The notes below the pieces were generated by a model, which was not told the DNA's origin, ran no database searches, and was given only the letters and a program-made list of their open reading frames with translations. From the NCBI GenBank assembly GCA_041690595.1, contig JAWLHB010000029.1, positions 1-64,000 on the forward strand: 64,000 nt of DNA, given 5' to 3'. Position numbers and translations under genes: made by a program. Shown here piece after piece: positions 16,707 to 26,150 of this stretch. Every line of letters starts with the position of its first letter. Within the stretch, counting starts at the first letter, position 1. The stretch is from Lentisphaeria bacterium. GTDB taxonomy: Bacteria; Verrucomicrobiota; Lentisphaeria; JABSQK01; JAWLHB01.

Positions 16707-17684
16707 TCAGTAAGCGACCAGATCGCGCGCCTTGGCGGCGACCGTGGCGATAGTGGGAAAGCATTGTTCTTCGAGCTTCGGGTTGCAGGGAATAGCCTGC
16801 TCGGCGGCGCCCAGACGGGCGAAGGGGGCTTCCAGGTAGTCGAAGGCATGCTCCATGATCACCGCGGCGATCTCCGAACCGATGCCGCCAATGATCGGCG
16901 ATTCCTCCAGGCTCATGCCGCGCCCCGTCCGCTGGATGCTGCTGATGATGGCCTCCGTGTCCAGCGGCTTGACCGTGCGCAGGTCGATCACCTCGCAGTC
17001 GATTCCTTCAGCGGCAAGCTGCTCGGCGGCCTGCAGGGCGATGGGCACCTGGCGGCCATAAGCGACAATGGTCAGATCCGTGCCGCGGCGGACAATGCCG
17101 GCGCGACCGATGGCGCCGGGAGTCAGGATCTCCGGAACCATCCCCTTGCGGGCGTAAAGCGCCTTGTGTTCGATGAAGATCACCGGCTCGCGAAGCGCCA
17201 TGGCGCCAAGCAGAAGTGAAGCCGCATCCGCCGGATTGGATGGGCAGCAGATGGTGAGCCGCGGCACGTTCTGCAGCAGCCCTTCGAAACTTTGCGAATG
17301 GGTGGGACCATACGAACGACCGGCACCGGCGGGCGCCCGCACGATCATCGGCATCGCATACTCCGGTCCATAGATCTCACGCCACTTCACCGCCACATTG
17401 ATGATCCCGTCAAAGGCAAGCGCCAGGAAGTCCATGAACATGATCTCGACGATCGGATGGCTGCCCATGAGCGCCGCGCCAGCCGCGATGGAGACAAAGC
17501 CCGCCTCGCTGATGGGGGTATCGATGACCCGGTCAGACCCGAACTGATCGACAAATCCCGAGGTCGTCTTGAAAGCCCCGCCGTAGACCCCGATATCTTC
17601 GCCGATGAGGAAGGCCTCCGGCCGCTCCTGAAGGATCTGCGCCAGCGCCTCGCGTATGGCGGCGGACATGGAAAGCTCCCGCAT
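16707..17684 (-). CDS. TPP-dependent 2-oxoacid/acetoin dehydrogenase E1 beta subunit
   Basis: GEDIGVYGGAF, DTPISE, GPTHSQ and EVIDLRTVKPLD. Confidence 0.92.
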   Translation of the reverse strand: MRELSMSAAIREALAQILQERPEAFLIGEDIGVYGGAFKTTSGFVDQFGSDRVIDTPISEAGFVSIAAGAALMGSHPIVEIMFMDFLALAFDGIINVAVKWREIYGPEYAMPMIVRAPAGAGRSYGPTHSQSFEGLLQNVPRLTICCPSNPADAASLLLGAMALREPVIFIEHKALYARKGMVPEILTPGAIGRAGIVRRGTDLTIVAYGRQVPIALQAAEQLAAEGIDCEVIDLRTVKPLDTEAIISSIQRTGRGMSLEESPIIGGIGSEIAAVIMEHAFDYLEAPFARLGAAEQAIPCNPKLEEQCFPTIATVAAKARDLVAY

Positions 17685-18622
17685 CAGTAGCTCTCCTCTC
17701 GGGCAAACGCCTCGGCGGCCTTCAGACGGGAGCCAATTTCCTCCCGCAGCGCCGCTTCCCGCGCGTCATCCCACGCGACCTCTTCCTCAAGACGCCGCCG
17801 GCAACGCGCGAGCGGGTCGAGCGCCAGCCAGTGCGCCTCTTCTTCCCGCGAACGATAGACGCAGGGATCCCCCCGCGAATGACCGCTGACCCGGTAGGTA
17901 TCGAGTTCAAGCAGCACGGCATGAGGCTGCTCGGCAATGCCGCCGCGGATCTCCGCGACAAGCTCATGCACCGCCTCCACGTCATTGCCATCCACACGGT
18001 GCGCTTCCATGTTGTAAGCACTTGCCCGGTCCACCACGTGCGCCACAGGCGAGATCTTCCGAAAAGCCGTCGACATCGCATACTGGTTGTTCTCGCAGAC
18101 AAAGAGGACTGGAACCTTCCAGATGGCTGCCATATTCAGGCTCTCGTGAAAGATGCCCTCGCCAATGGCGCCGTCACCGAAGAAAACAACCGCCACGCCC
18201 GGCTCGCGGCGCAGCTTCTTGTGCAGCGCGCAGCCGACCGCCAGGGGAATCGTTCCCGCGGTGATCCCATGCGTGCCCATGAAGTTGAGATCACCGATCG
18301 CCATGTGCTGACTACCGCCGCGACCGCCTGCGTAGCCTCGCGGGCTGCCGAATATCTCCGCCATCACCCGCCCCGGATCGGCCCCGCGCGCCAGCAGATG
18401 GCCATGACCGCGATGGTTGCTGAAGAGGCAGTCCTCCGCCTTCAGCGCCTGGCAGACGCCCACCGCGCACGCTTCCTGCCCCACGCACAAATGCGTCGTG
18501 CCAGCGATCAGCCCCTGGAGAAACAACTCGTTGAGGCGGTGCTCGAAGGCCCGGATGAATGACATCTGAATATAGGCGTCGGTCAACTGCTCCGACTGCA
18601 TCATGATCGGTATCATCCTCAT
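17684..18622 (-). CDS. TPP-dependent dehydrogenase E1 alpha subunit
   Basis: GQEAC, HRGHGH, TPP motif FGDGA...ENN and TYRVSGHS; TGATG coupling to the beta gene. Confidence 0.92.
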   Translation of the reverse strand: MRMIPIMMQSEQLTDAYIQMSFIRAFEHRLNELFLQGLIAGTTHLCVGQEACAVGVCQALKAEDCLFSNHRGHGHLLARGADPGRVMAEIFGSPRGYAGGRGGSQHMAIGDLNFMGTHGITAGTIPLAVGCALHKKLRREPGVAVVFFGDGAIGEGIFHESLNMAAIWKVPVLFVCENNQYAMSTAFRKISPVAHVVDRASAYNMEAHRVDGNDVEAVHELVAEIRGGIAEQPHAVLLELDTYRVSGHSRGDPCVYRSREEEAHWLALDPLARCRRRLEEEVAWDDAREAALREEIGSRLKAAEAFAREESY

Positions 18623-18682
18623 CCTGACAAGGCATCAGGTGAAAAGTTCCGCCTGGACCAACGAAAAGAGCCTTTCACCCGG

Positions 18683-20800
18683 CTATGCCTCGCCATCCGC
18701 GATGTAGCGCCTGTAAAGCTCGCGGATGCTGTCGGGATCGCCAATGACGGTCAGCCGATCATTCTCCCGCAGATACGTATCCCCGCGCGGCACAATCACC
18801 CGGTCATCGCGCGTGATGACCGCGAGAAGGGCGGCGGCGGGCAGCTTGATCTCCCTCAGCGGACGATCCAGCAGTTCCTGCGTCTTGCTGCCCGCATGCA
18901 CCCAGAGAATCAGCACACCCTCCGCGTGAATCAGAATCTCCCGCAGCTCCAGCTCGTCATTCGCCTGGCGCCACTTCTCGATGAAGGTGGGCGTGTTGAT
19001 CTGTCGGGCAATATGCGCGAGCACCCGCAGATGCTGCCCCGGATTGTCAGTCGGGCTGATGAGAAAGAAGAAGGCATAGACCTCTTCGGTACTGCCCGGC
19101 TCATGGTCGACATCGAGAGGGTAGCCCTGCCGGTAGCGCACCAGAACGAGGTGCGAGCCGTCCAGCCCATCCAACCGCAGGTGCGGCAACGCCACGCCAT
19201 TCTTCACCAGCTTGTAGGTACTGTTGAGCCCTTGCAGAAAGAGTTCCGTGTGCTGCTCGATATCGATCTCGCATACCTTGTTGAAGGCTTGCACCGCAAG
19301 CAACGAGATCTGATTCAGCGGCATCGGCTCCTTGATATCGATGACCGGCGCACTCGCAATGATCTGCTCGAATGGATCGCTGTGCCGCAGCTCCTGCTCA
19401 CGAAGGATCTCCTCCAGCTCATGCTCCACGCCTTCGTGGCGCTGTCGCCCGAGATGCTCGAACCACGAATAGATCGCCCCTTGCCGTATGACCTTCCGGT
19501 GCGCATACTTGTAGTACCAGACCACGGCCAGCGCCGACACTACCAGCGTCATCGTGATGGCCGCATGGCCCAGATACGTGATGAGCAGAGCCGAGGCGAG
19601 TATCCCCAACAGCTGCATCCACGGATACAGGGGCGAACGATACGCGGGATCGTAGAACTCGATCCGGCTCTCACGCATCACGATCACCGTTACATTCACC
19701 AGCATGAAGACCAGCAATTGGAAGGCGCTGGCCAGCTTCGCAATGCCGCTCTCCGTCAGAAAGGCGATCGCAACAACCATCAATCCGCCTGTCAACAGGA
19801 TGGCAATCGTCGGCGTCTTGTAACGGCCGATACGTGCAAAAACCGGCGATATCAGTCGGTCACGTGCCATCGCCAGAGGATAACGCGAGGCGGCCATCAC
19901 GCCCGCATTTCCCGTGGAGGCGAAAGCCGCGGTTGCCGCTGCCACAATCAGGAAAAGCCCCAGCGCCGGAGGCATCCACAGCATCACCTCCTTACCAGCC
20001 GTCGCCACCGGTGTCAAATCGTCGCGCAGACTCTCCGGCGGCAACACCGCGATCATGATGAAGACCCCGATTACATAGATGATCGATGTCGAGATGATCG
20101 ACAGCATCATCCCCAGCGGAATGTTGCGCGCCGGATTCTTCACTTCCTCCGCCACGCTCGCGATCTTGGTCAGCCCAGCATAACTCACGAAGACAAAGCC
20201 CACCGAGCCCAGAAGACCTTCCAGGCCAAAGGGCATGAAAGGCGTCAGGCGCGCTTTGACACCGCCCTCCACCACCCCTTCCATCATGACGGTCTGGATA
20301 CCCTGGATGATGAAGAGCGCCATCACACTCACCAGCAGTGTCACCAGGATACGCTGCAGCGTGGTCGTCTCTTTCGCCCCGAAGATGTTGATGGCAACGA
20401 AGGCAACCGTCAGGGCGATCGCCATCGGCTTGATCGGAACCTCGACATACAGCGCCAGATAAGCCCCCATACCCACCAGCGCAAAGGCGCTCTTCAAAGT
20501 CAGCGCCAGGTAAGAGCCCATGCCCCCAATGGTACCGAAGACAGGTCCCAGGGCACGATCCAGAAAGAAATAGTCGCCGCCCGCACGCGGCATCGCGGTC
20601 GCCAGCTCCGCCATGCTGAACATCGCCGGCAGCATGAGAATGCCCGCCAGAAAGTAGGCGAGAAAAACCGACGGTCCCGTCTGCGCCGCGGCCAATCCAG
20701 GCAGCAGAAAGAAACCGGAGCTGAACATGGCTCCGGTGCAGATGCTGTACACGTCGAACAGACCGAGTTCTTTCTTGAGACGCTCTACGGGTGGGGGCAT
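18683..20800 (-). CDS. APC-family amino acid permease fused to PTS EIIA (fructose/Ntr type) and RCK_C (TrkA-C) domains
   Basis: TM1 CTGAMFSSGFF and about 12 TM segments, then NGVALPHLR...HLRVLAHIA (EIIA), then LREIKLP...IVPRGDTYLRENDRLTVIG (RCK_C). Start taken at MPPPVER. Confidence 0.88.
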   Translation of the reverse strand: MPPPVERLKKELGLFDVYSICTGAMFSSGFFLLPGLAAAQTGPSVFLAYFLAGILMLPAMFSMAELATAMPRAGGDYFFLDRALGPVFGTIGGMGSYLALTLKSAFALVGMGAYLALYVEVPIKPMAIALTVAFVAINIFGAKETTTLQRILVTLLVSVMALFIIQGIQTVMMEGVVEGGVKARLTPFMPFGLEGLLGSVGFVFVSYAGLTKIASVAEEVKNPARNIPLGMMLSIISTSIIYVIGVFIMIAVLPPESLRDDLTPVATAGKEVMLWMPPALGLFLIVAAATAAFASTGNAGVMAASRYPLAMARDRLISPVFARIGRYKTPTIAILLTGGLMVVAIAFLTESGIAKLASAFQLLVFMLVNVTVIVMRESRIEFYDPAYRSPLYPWMQLLGILASALLITYLGHAAITMTLVVSALAVVWYYKYAHRKVIRQGAIYSWFEHLGRQRHEGVEHELEEILREQELRHSDPFEQIIASAPVIDIKEPMPLNQISLLAVQAFNKVCEIDIEQHTELFLQGLNSTYKLVKNGVALPHLRLDGLDGSHLVLVRYRQGYPLDVDHEPGSTEEVYAFFFLISPTDNPGQHLRVLAHIARQINTPTFIEKWRQANDELELREILIHAEGVLILWVHAGSKTQELLDRPLREIKLPAAALLAVITRDDRVIVPRGDTYLRENDRLTVIGDPDSIRELYRRYIADGEA

Positions 20801-20916
20801 AGTGACTTTGTTTGAGGATGTATGACTGCTCGGCCACGTGTACTGGAAAGGCATCTTAAGGTAAGCGCACTTCAAGCAGAGTGCAACAAGTCAGCCTCGG
20901 AGATTCGTCAAAACCA

Positions 20917-22395
20917 TTAAGGCTCAACAATGACATTGTCGCAAGGGCTATCGTACCAGGTGGGGTCCGGCTCCGGCGGAGCCGCCTTCCTCGTCCAGGC
21001 GCCGACCAGCGCCTGCTCCTCCTGAGCGCGCGACAGGCGACGGATGACAAAGTCGGGATCCCAGTCGCGCAGCACCAGCTCGCGAAGCTCGGCCGCCAGC
21101 GACGCATATCGCGGATCGTCCACAACATTATGCAACTCGCCGGGATCATCCTTCAGATTAAAAAGCTCGTCCTTCATCCCGTGATAGTATCCGTACTTCC
21201 ACGCTCCTCGCCGCACAAACCGGCAGGGAACCACCGGCGTACGCGCCGAGCCACGATTGGCCTGTTCGCAGAAGACGGTGTCGTGCCATTCGCCATCCCC
21301 ATCGAGCACCGCACGGAAGCTCCGGCCGGAGGCTGCCGGCAGCGGCGCCAGCCCCGCCAGATCCAGAAGGGTCGGCCCGATATCGATAAGGCTGACATTC
21401 CGCGCTTCGCTCCGCCCTTCAGGTAGTCGCCCCGGCGCACTGACGATCAGCGGCACGCGCGTGGCGCCATCGTAAAAGGTGCTCTTCCACCACAGACCAT
21501 GCTCGCCCAGCATCTCACCGTGATCGGACGTGTAGACGACGATCGTATTCCCGGCAAGACCGCTCTCCTCGAGAGCATCCAGCACCCCGCCGATCAGCCG
21601 GTCCATATAGGTGCACATCCCGTAGTAGGCCACGCGCGTTCGCCACTGGGCCTCCAGCGGCGGCACGGGATCGACCTGGCTGGCTCGGGCCCACTCCCGC
21701 ACATGCGGATGCAGCCGCTCGTCCGCGGGTGGCAGATCATCCCGCGAAATCCTCTCCGCGTAATACGCGAATTCCTCCGGCGGACAGACAAAGGGGCAAT
21801 GCGGCAGCACCAGCCCCATCACCGCCATGAAGGGCTCCTCCGACCGACTCCGAGCATGCTCGCGCAGCCACTGCGCGGTGACCCGTGTCACCTCCTCGTC
21901 GTAAGCCTGATAACCCGTGCGGCCGGGACCACTCTTGACGATGCCCGGCAGGCTGCAGCCTGGCGTGTCGACGAGCGAACCAAGGACCTCCCCCAGCTTC
22001 CAGCCCGCTGCCAGATAGACGGAGCCGGGCACATCCGGCACCGGCCTTTCAAGAAAACCATGCCGCTGGTCATGCCCCACGAAATGCATGCGGCCGATAA
22101 GCGCAGTGCGATAGTCACCGGCGGTAAAGGCATGCGCAAAAGTGGGAATGTCGCTGCTCAACTGCCTCTCGTTCGTCCATACCTCGGCCTCATGCGGATG
22201 ACGCCCCGTCATGAAGGCCATCCGGCTTGGCCCGCACAGGGGAAATGGGCAGTAGGCATTCGTCAGCCTCACGCCGCGCCCTGCCAGCTGATCCAATGCC
22301 GGCGTCCGCACGATGGGATCGCCGGCGCAGCCCATGATACCGGCATGATGCTGGTCGCTCATGATCAAGAGTATGTTCGGACGCTCCATCGCCAT
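20917..22395 (-). CDS. Cys-type sulfatase (choline-sulfatase-like), no signal peptide
   Basis: PNILLIMSDQH, CGPSR, GRMHF and SDHGEMLGEHG. Confidence 0.93.
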   Translation of the reverse strand: MAMERPNILLIMSDQHHAGIMGCAGDPIVRTPALDQLAGRGVRLTNAYCPFPLCGPSRMAFMTGRHPHEAEVWTNERQLSSDIPTFAHAFTAGDYRTALIGRMHFVGHDQRHGFLERPVPDVPGSVYLAAGWKLGEVLGSLVDTPGCSLPGIVKSGPGRTGYQAYDEEVTRVTAQWLREHARSRSEEPFMAVMGLVLPHCPFVCPPEEFAYYAERISRDDLPPADERLHPHVREWARASQVDPVPPLEAQWRTRVAYYGMCTYMDRLIGGVLDALEESGLAGNTIVVYTSDHGEMLGEHGLWWKSTFYDGATRVPLIVSAPGRLPEGRSEARNVSLIDIGPTLLDLAGLAPLPAASGRSFRAVLDGDGEWHDTVFCEQANRGSARTPVVPCRFVRRGAWKYGYYHGMKDELFNLKDDPGELHNVVDDPRYASLAAELRELVLRDWDPDFVIRRLSRAQEEQALVGAWTRKAAPPEPDPTWYDSPCDNVIVEP

Positions 22396-22542
22396 CTTCG
22401 GTCACCTTTTGCATGTAGTTGGTTTTGCCGCTTTACCCTATTCCACAAATAAGGCTGGCGCCACTGTTTGACCTCCGCGAAATAGAGGCAACCGTAAGTC
22501 AGGCAATCTTCATTCACCGCCGCACAGCCGGGAGTACAACGC

Positions 22543-24135
22543 ATGCAGGAAGTCACCAACTCTATCAGCACCTCGAGCGCGCGCCTCAGGACAGGCACAG
22601 GCTTTGCCTTCGTCCAGGATGGCGCCAGGGCAATGATCTGCCACGACGGCCAGGCGATTCTGGTATTCGAACGCAACATCTTCTATGCCGGCCACTTCAG
22701 GGCCAACGATCAGGTGATGAAACCCGGCGGTGAAGTTGAGGTCGCCTGGGTCCCCCTCTTCTCGCTCCCGCGTGGAGAAGCCGCCGTCACCGAGGTGGAG
22801 TACCAACTGCTCGCCGAAGGTGACGAGCTTGCTCTCCGGCTGATCCCCACCCAGACCCGCGTCGGCCGACGTCCGCTCGCCTTCGTCAGCGAGATCGTCA
22901 CCTTCCACGTCAAACTGGAGAATGGCTCCTTTGTCTGGCGTCAGACCTATGAAGCGACCTTCCACAAAGATGTCGATACGACGCCGGATGCCATGCCCTT
23001 CTTCCACTTCTACCGCACCCATCTGCCGGACAACCAACCTTGTGTCATGGTTCAATACGCCGACCCTCTGCCGCGCGGCGCATCCGGACCGGCTGTCCCG
23101 ATGACCCACGACTGGATCGGCCAGATCGAGCCCTACAACGGCCCGGACAATTACCGTCACAACTGGCAACGCCGCTATGACCGCATCATCTTCCAGGATC
23201 CGGACGGCACCTTCGCCTGGTCCGATCTCACCAAACGCAAGTGGCACTACCTCACCAACGACAACCGTCGTTCCCGCCCCTGCAAAGCCAATGGCTATCT
23301 GTATGTGCTCAAGCCGGACGGCGAAGCGCTGGAGTACCTCACCGAGGCCCCGTCGCACTACCACCACGTCTGCGAGTGGGGCATGGACTTCCACTTCTGG
23401 TGCGATATGGGCCCCTTCATGCGTGGCGCGATCATTCCTGCCGGTACCCTCATCACCGCCGCCACAACCGCCCGTCTGGTCGACAGTACGACAACCGCGC
23501 CGCTGCTGGCAAGCGCGCGAGCCATCGAACTGACTCCGGCCGAGCGAGCGATCGCTGATCGTCCTGCCTACGAAGAGCCGGTCAATACCTTCGCGGTATC
23601 GGCGCTCGATCGCATCGACTCCCTCTGGTGGGAAGCGACCAGCGAGGGCTGTTTCTGGGAGCGGCAAGGCGGCTATTCTCCCGGCCACGGCTGCCTGGGT
23701 ATCCGCACGGCCTACTCCCCCGTCGGCAGCTGGGAAGCAGGCGGCATCGGCCCGTCGCAGTGGGCTAACCCCTTCGTGCCCGGCGGTCGCTACCGGCTCT
23801 CCGCCTGGGTGAAAGTGGATGACCTGGTGCCCGATCCATCACAGACGCAGGGCCCGCAACTGAACGCCGTCTTCATGCACTACGATGGTCCCGCCTCCGG
23901 ATCGCCGGTGCGCAAGGTCGATTGTGGTTGGAGCGCCAGTCTCGTTCGTATCGATCGCCCCCTGCCAACGTCGATCCCGTGGACGCGCGTCGAACTGATC
24001 ACGTCCCCATGCCCCTCCAATGTCCTGCACATGACCCTGACCCTGCGCATGCACGGGCGCGGCATCGCCCGCTTCTCCGATGTGCGCTGGCAACTCCTTG
24101 AACCCGACTATCAGGAAAGTGGAATCAACGTATGA
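22543..24135 (+). CDS. Hypothetical protein with a probable C-terminal carbohydrate-binding-like beta sandwich
   Basis: GGAG SD and GC3-rich codons; PGGRYRLSAWVKV...WTRVEL...FSDVR pattern. Confidence 0.75.
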   Translation: MQEVTNSISTSSARLRTGTGFAFVQDGARAMICHDGQAILVFERNIFYAGHFRANDQVMKPGGEVEVAWVPLFSLPRGEAAVTEVEYQLLAEGDELALRLIPTQTRVGRRPLAFVSEIVTFHVKLENGSFVWRQTYEATFHKDVDTTPDAMPFFHFYRTHLPDNQPCVMVQYADPLPRGASGPAVPMTHDWIGQIEPYNGPDNYRHNWQRRYDRIIFQDPDGTFAWSDLTKRKWHYLTNDNRRSRPCKANGYLYVLKPDGEALEYLTEAPSHYHHVCEWGMDFHFWCDMGPFMRGAIIPAGTLITAATTARLVDSTTTAPLLASARAIELTPAERAIADRPAYEEPVNTFAVSALDRIDSLWWEATSEGCFWERQGGYSPGHGCLGIRTAYSPVGSWEAGGIGPSQWANPFVPGGRYRLSAWVKVDDLVPDPSQTQGPQLNAVFMHYDGPASGSPVRKVDCGWSASLVRIDRPLPTSIPWTRVELITSPCPSNVLHMTLTLRMHGRGIARFSDVRWQLLEPDYQESGINV

Positions 24136-26003
24136 CAACCTGGAATCTCCCGAAGACGCTGGTGCTCTCCGCGGCCGCCCCACAACGCACCCGGTGCTTC
24201 GCCTACGCCTGCGCGGAGATGTCTCGCTTGCTCGGCCGCCTCGGCATCGATCCGCAACCCGGCGATGCCGCCACCGCCGATCACTACCGCCTCCAGCTTG
24301 GTGACGGCACCTTCGGCGGCGTTGTCACCACCATTCGCCATGACGGCTATGAGCTGCAGGTGAAGGAAGGGGGCGCCTGCCTCTGCGCGCCCTCAGCCAA
24401 GGGACTCCTCAATGCCGTCTACGACTTGGCGGAACGCCTGGGTTTCCGCTTTCTCATGCCTGGCGAAGGTGGCGAATGGCCGCCGGAAAGCGGCCGATCG
24501 CCGTCACTGCCAATCGGCATCTGGCGCCGGGAGCCCCGCTTCTCCCACCGCGGCGTCTTCGGTGGCATCAATGTCCCCCCCTACTCCCGGGAGGAATGGC
24601 TGCGCTTCTTCGCCAAGCTGCGCTTCAACGCCCAGTCCAGCAACGAAGAGGATGCGGCCCTCGCCGAAGAACTCGGCATTCGGCTGGAGATTGGCGGCCA
24701 CGGCATGGCCAGCCTCCTGCCCCGGGAACTCTTCGCTGAACGCCCCGAACTCTTCCGCATGTTCCAGCCCGAAGATTTCGGCGGTAAGCGGCAGCCCGAT
24801 GCCAACTTCTGTCCCACACATCCCGAGACGGCAAAGCTGGTCAGCCAGGGCTTTCAGCGCCAGGTCGAGTCCCTGCGGGGTGTCTATGCGGTCCACGCCT
24901 GGGCCGACGATCTACCGGCCGGCGGCTGGTGCATGTGCTCACGCTGCCGCAGCTTCACCCCCAGCGACCAGTCCATGCTGGCCATGAATCTGCAGGCCGA
25001 TGTCGTGGCCGATACTCAACCCGGCATGCGCGTGCCGGCCATCGCCTACCACGATACCCTCTTTCCTGGCTGCCAGATTCCGCCCGCCCCCCAGTGCTTC
25101 CTGCTCTACGCGCCCCGCGAGCGTTGCTATGCCCATGCTCTCGACGACCCCGCCTGCCCCAAGAATCGCTGGCACCTTCAGGCACTTCATGAGTGGATGG
25201 CATGCTTCAAGGACCATACCGATGCCCATACCTTCGAGTACTACTTCGACCAGATCCTCTATCGCGGGCTCTACTTCTTCCTGCCCGACGTCATCATCCG
25301 CGACATGGCGGTCTATGAACAGGCCGGCATTGCCAGCCACATGTCGCTGCAGGTCGGCGGCGCGCTGCTCGCACCCGATTACAACATGCTGGTCTTTGCC
25401 CGCGCCCATTGGGACAGCGAGCTGACGACCGAAGCCGCCATCACCCAACTTGCCGAGCAGCTTTCTCCCCAACAGCCCGCCCCGTGGCAACGTTATCTCT
25501 CCGCCCGGAGCCAGGCCTGCGCCGCCGCCTGCTCCGTCTGCGAAGTTCCCAACGCCATCTACTTCGATTATCGCTTCATGCCGGAGATCACCGGCCCCTT
25601 CGGCGATGTCATGGTGACACGGCAGGCGGACAGCGCACGGGCCCTGCAACAGGCTGCCGCAACCCTCTCGGATGCCGCGCCAGCCATACCGCCACACCAG
25701 CGCAACCTGATGCTGCAGGAAGTGAATCGGGCCCGTTTCGAAGCTGAAGACCTGCTCGCCATGAGCCGGCATCAGGCTGGACTCAATGGCATTTCACGGT
25801 ATCTGGCCAGCCGCGATCCCGCTCTGCTGCCACCAGCTCTGGAGCATCTGCGGCAGGCGCTCCAGCAACTCGAAAAAGCCGCCGCCATGGCTCGCGAAAT
25901 CGGCATGCCGGAGAGCGCCTACTACCACGCCTTCAATCGCGATTGGACGGCACCGGAAATCCGCGCCAAACTACAAGTCTACGAGACCGCCGTCGCCACC
26001 TGA
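24132..26003 (+). CDS. DUF4838-like putative glycoside hydrolase
   Basis: GH20/GH67-like N-domain (DGYEL...GLLNAVY...LG-x-RF), EPRFSHRG, NFCPTHP, WCMCSRC and AYHDT; ATGA coupling. Confidence 0.75.
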   Translation: MTTWNLPKTLVLSAAAPQRTRCFAYACAEMSRLLGRLGIDPQPGDAATADHYRLQLGDGTFGGVVTTIRHDGYELQVKEGGACLCAPSAKGLLNAVYDLAERLGFRFLMPGEGGEWPPESGRSPSLPIGIWRREPRFSHRGVFGGINVPPYSREEWLRFFAKLRFNAQSSNEEDAALAEELGIRLEIGGHGMASLLPRELFAERPELFRMFQPEDFGGKRQPDANFCPTHPETAKLVSQGFQRQVESLRGVYAVHAWADDLPAGGWCMCSRCRSFTPSDQSMLAMNLQADVVADTQPGMRVPAIAYHDTLFPGCQIPPAPQCFLLYAPRERCYAHALDDPACPKNRWHLQALHEWMACFKDHTDAHTFEYYFDQILYRGLYFFLPDVIIRDMAVYEQAGIASHMSLQVGGALLAPDYNMLVFARAHWDSELTTEAAITQLAEQLSPQQPAPWQRYLSARSQACAAACSVCEVPNAIYFDYRFMPEITGPFGDVMVTRQADSARALQQAAATLSDAAPAIPPHQRNLMLQEVNRARFEAEDLLAMSRHQAGLNGISRYLASRDPALLPPALEHLRQALQQLEKAAAMAREIGMPESAYYHAFNRDWTAPEIRAKLQVYETAVAT

Positions 26004-26150
26004 GGCCGGCGCCACAGCGCCCTCGATATATGCCATTATCTGCAAACCACGGTTGCAACAACCCACCCCCGGCACTACCTTCACCTCCACATCCCGGCGA
26101 TATCGTTCGCCCTGTTACAGGCCACCCTCTTACCTCCCTCGTCCATTACG

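Noticed and set aside
14511..17219. 902-aa plus-strand ORF
   Set aside because: Antisense shadow of rlmN, the flavoprotein and E1 beta caused by GC3 bias; no motifs.
18896..20815. 639-aa plus-strand ORF and similar long antisense ORFs (34144-35571, 52321-53841, 46324-47592)
   Set aside because: Each lies opposite a well-supported gene and has shadow-type composition.
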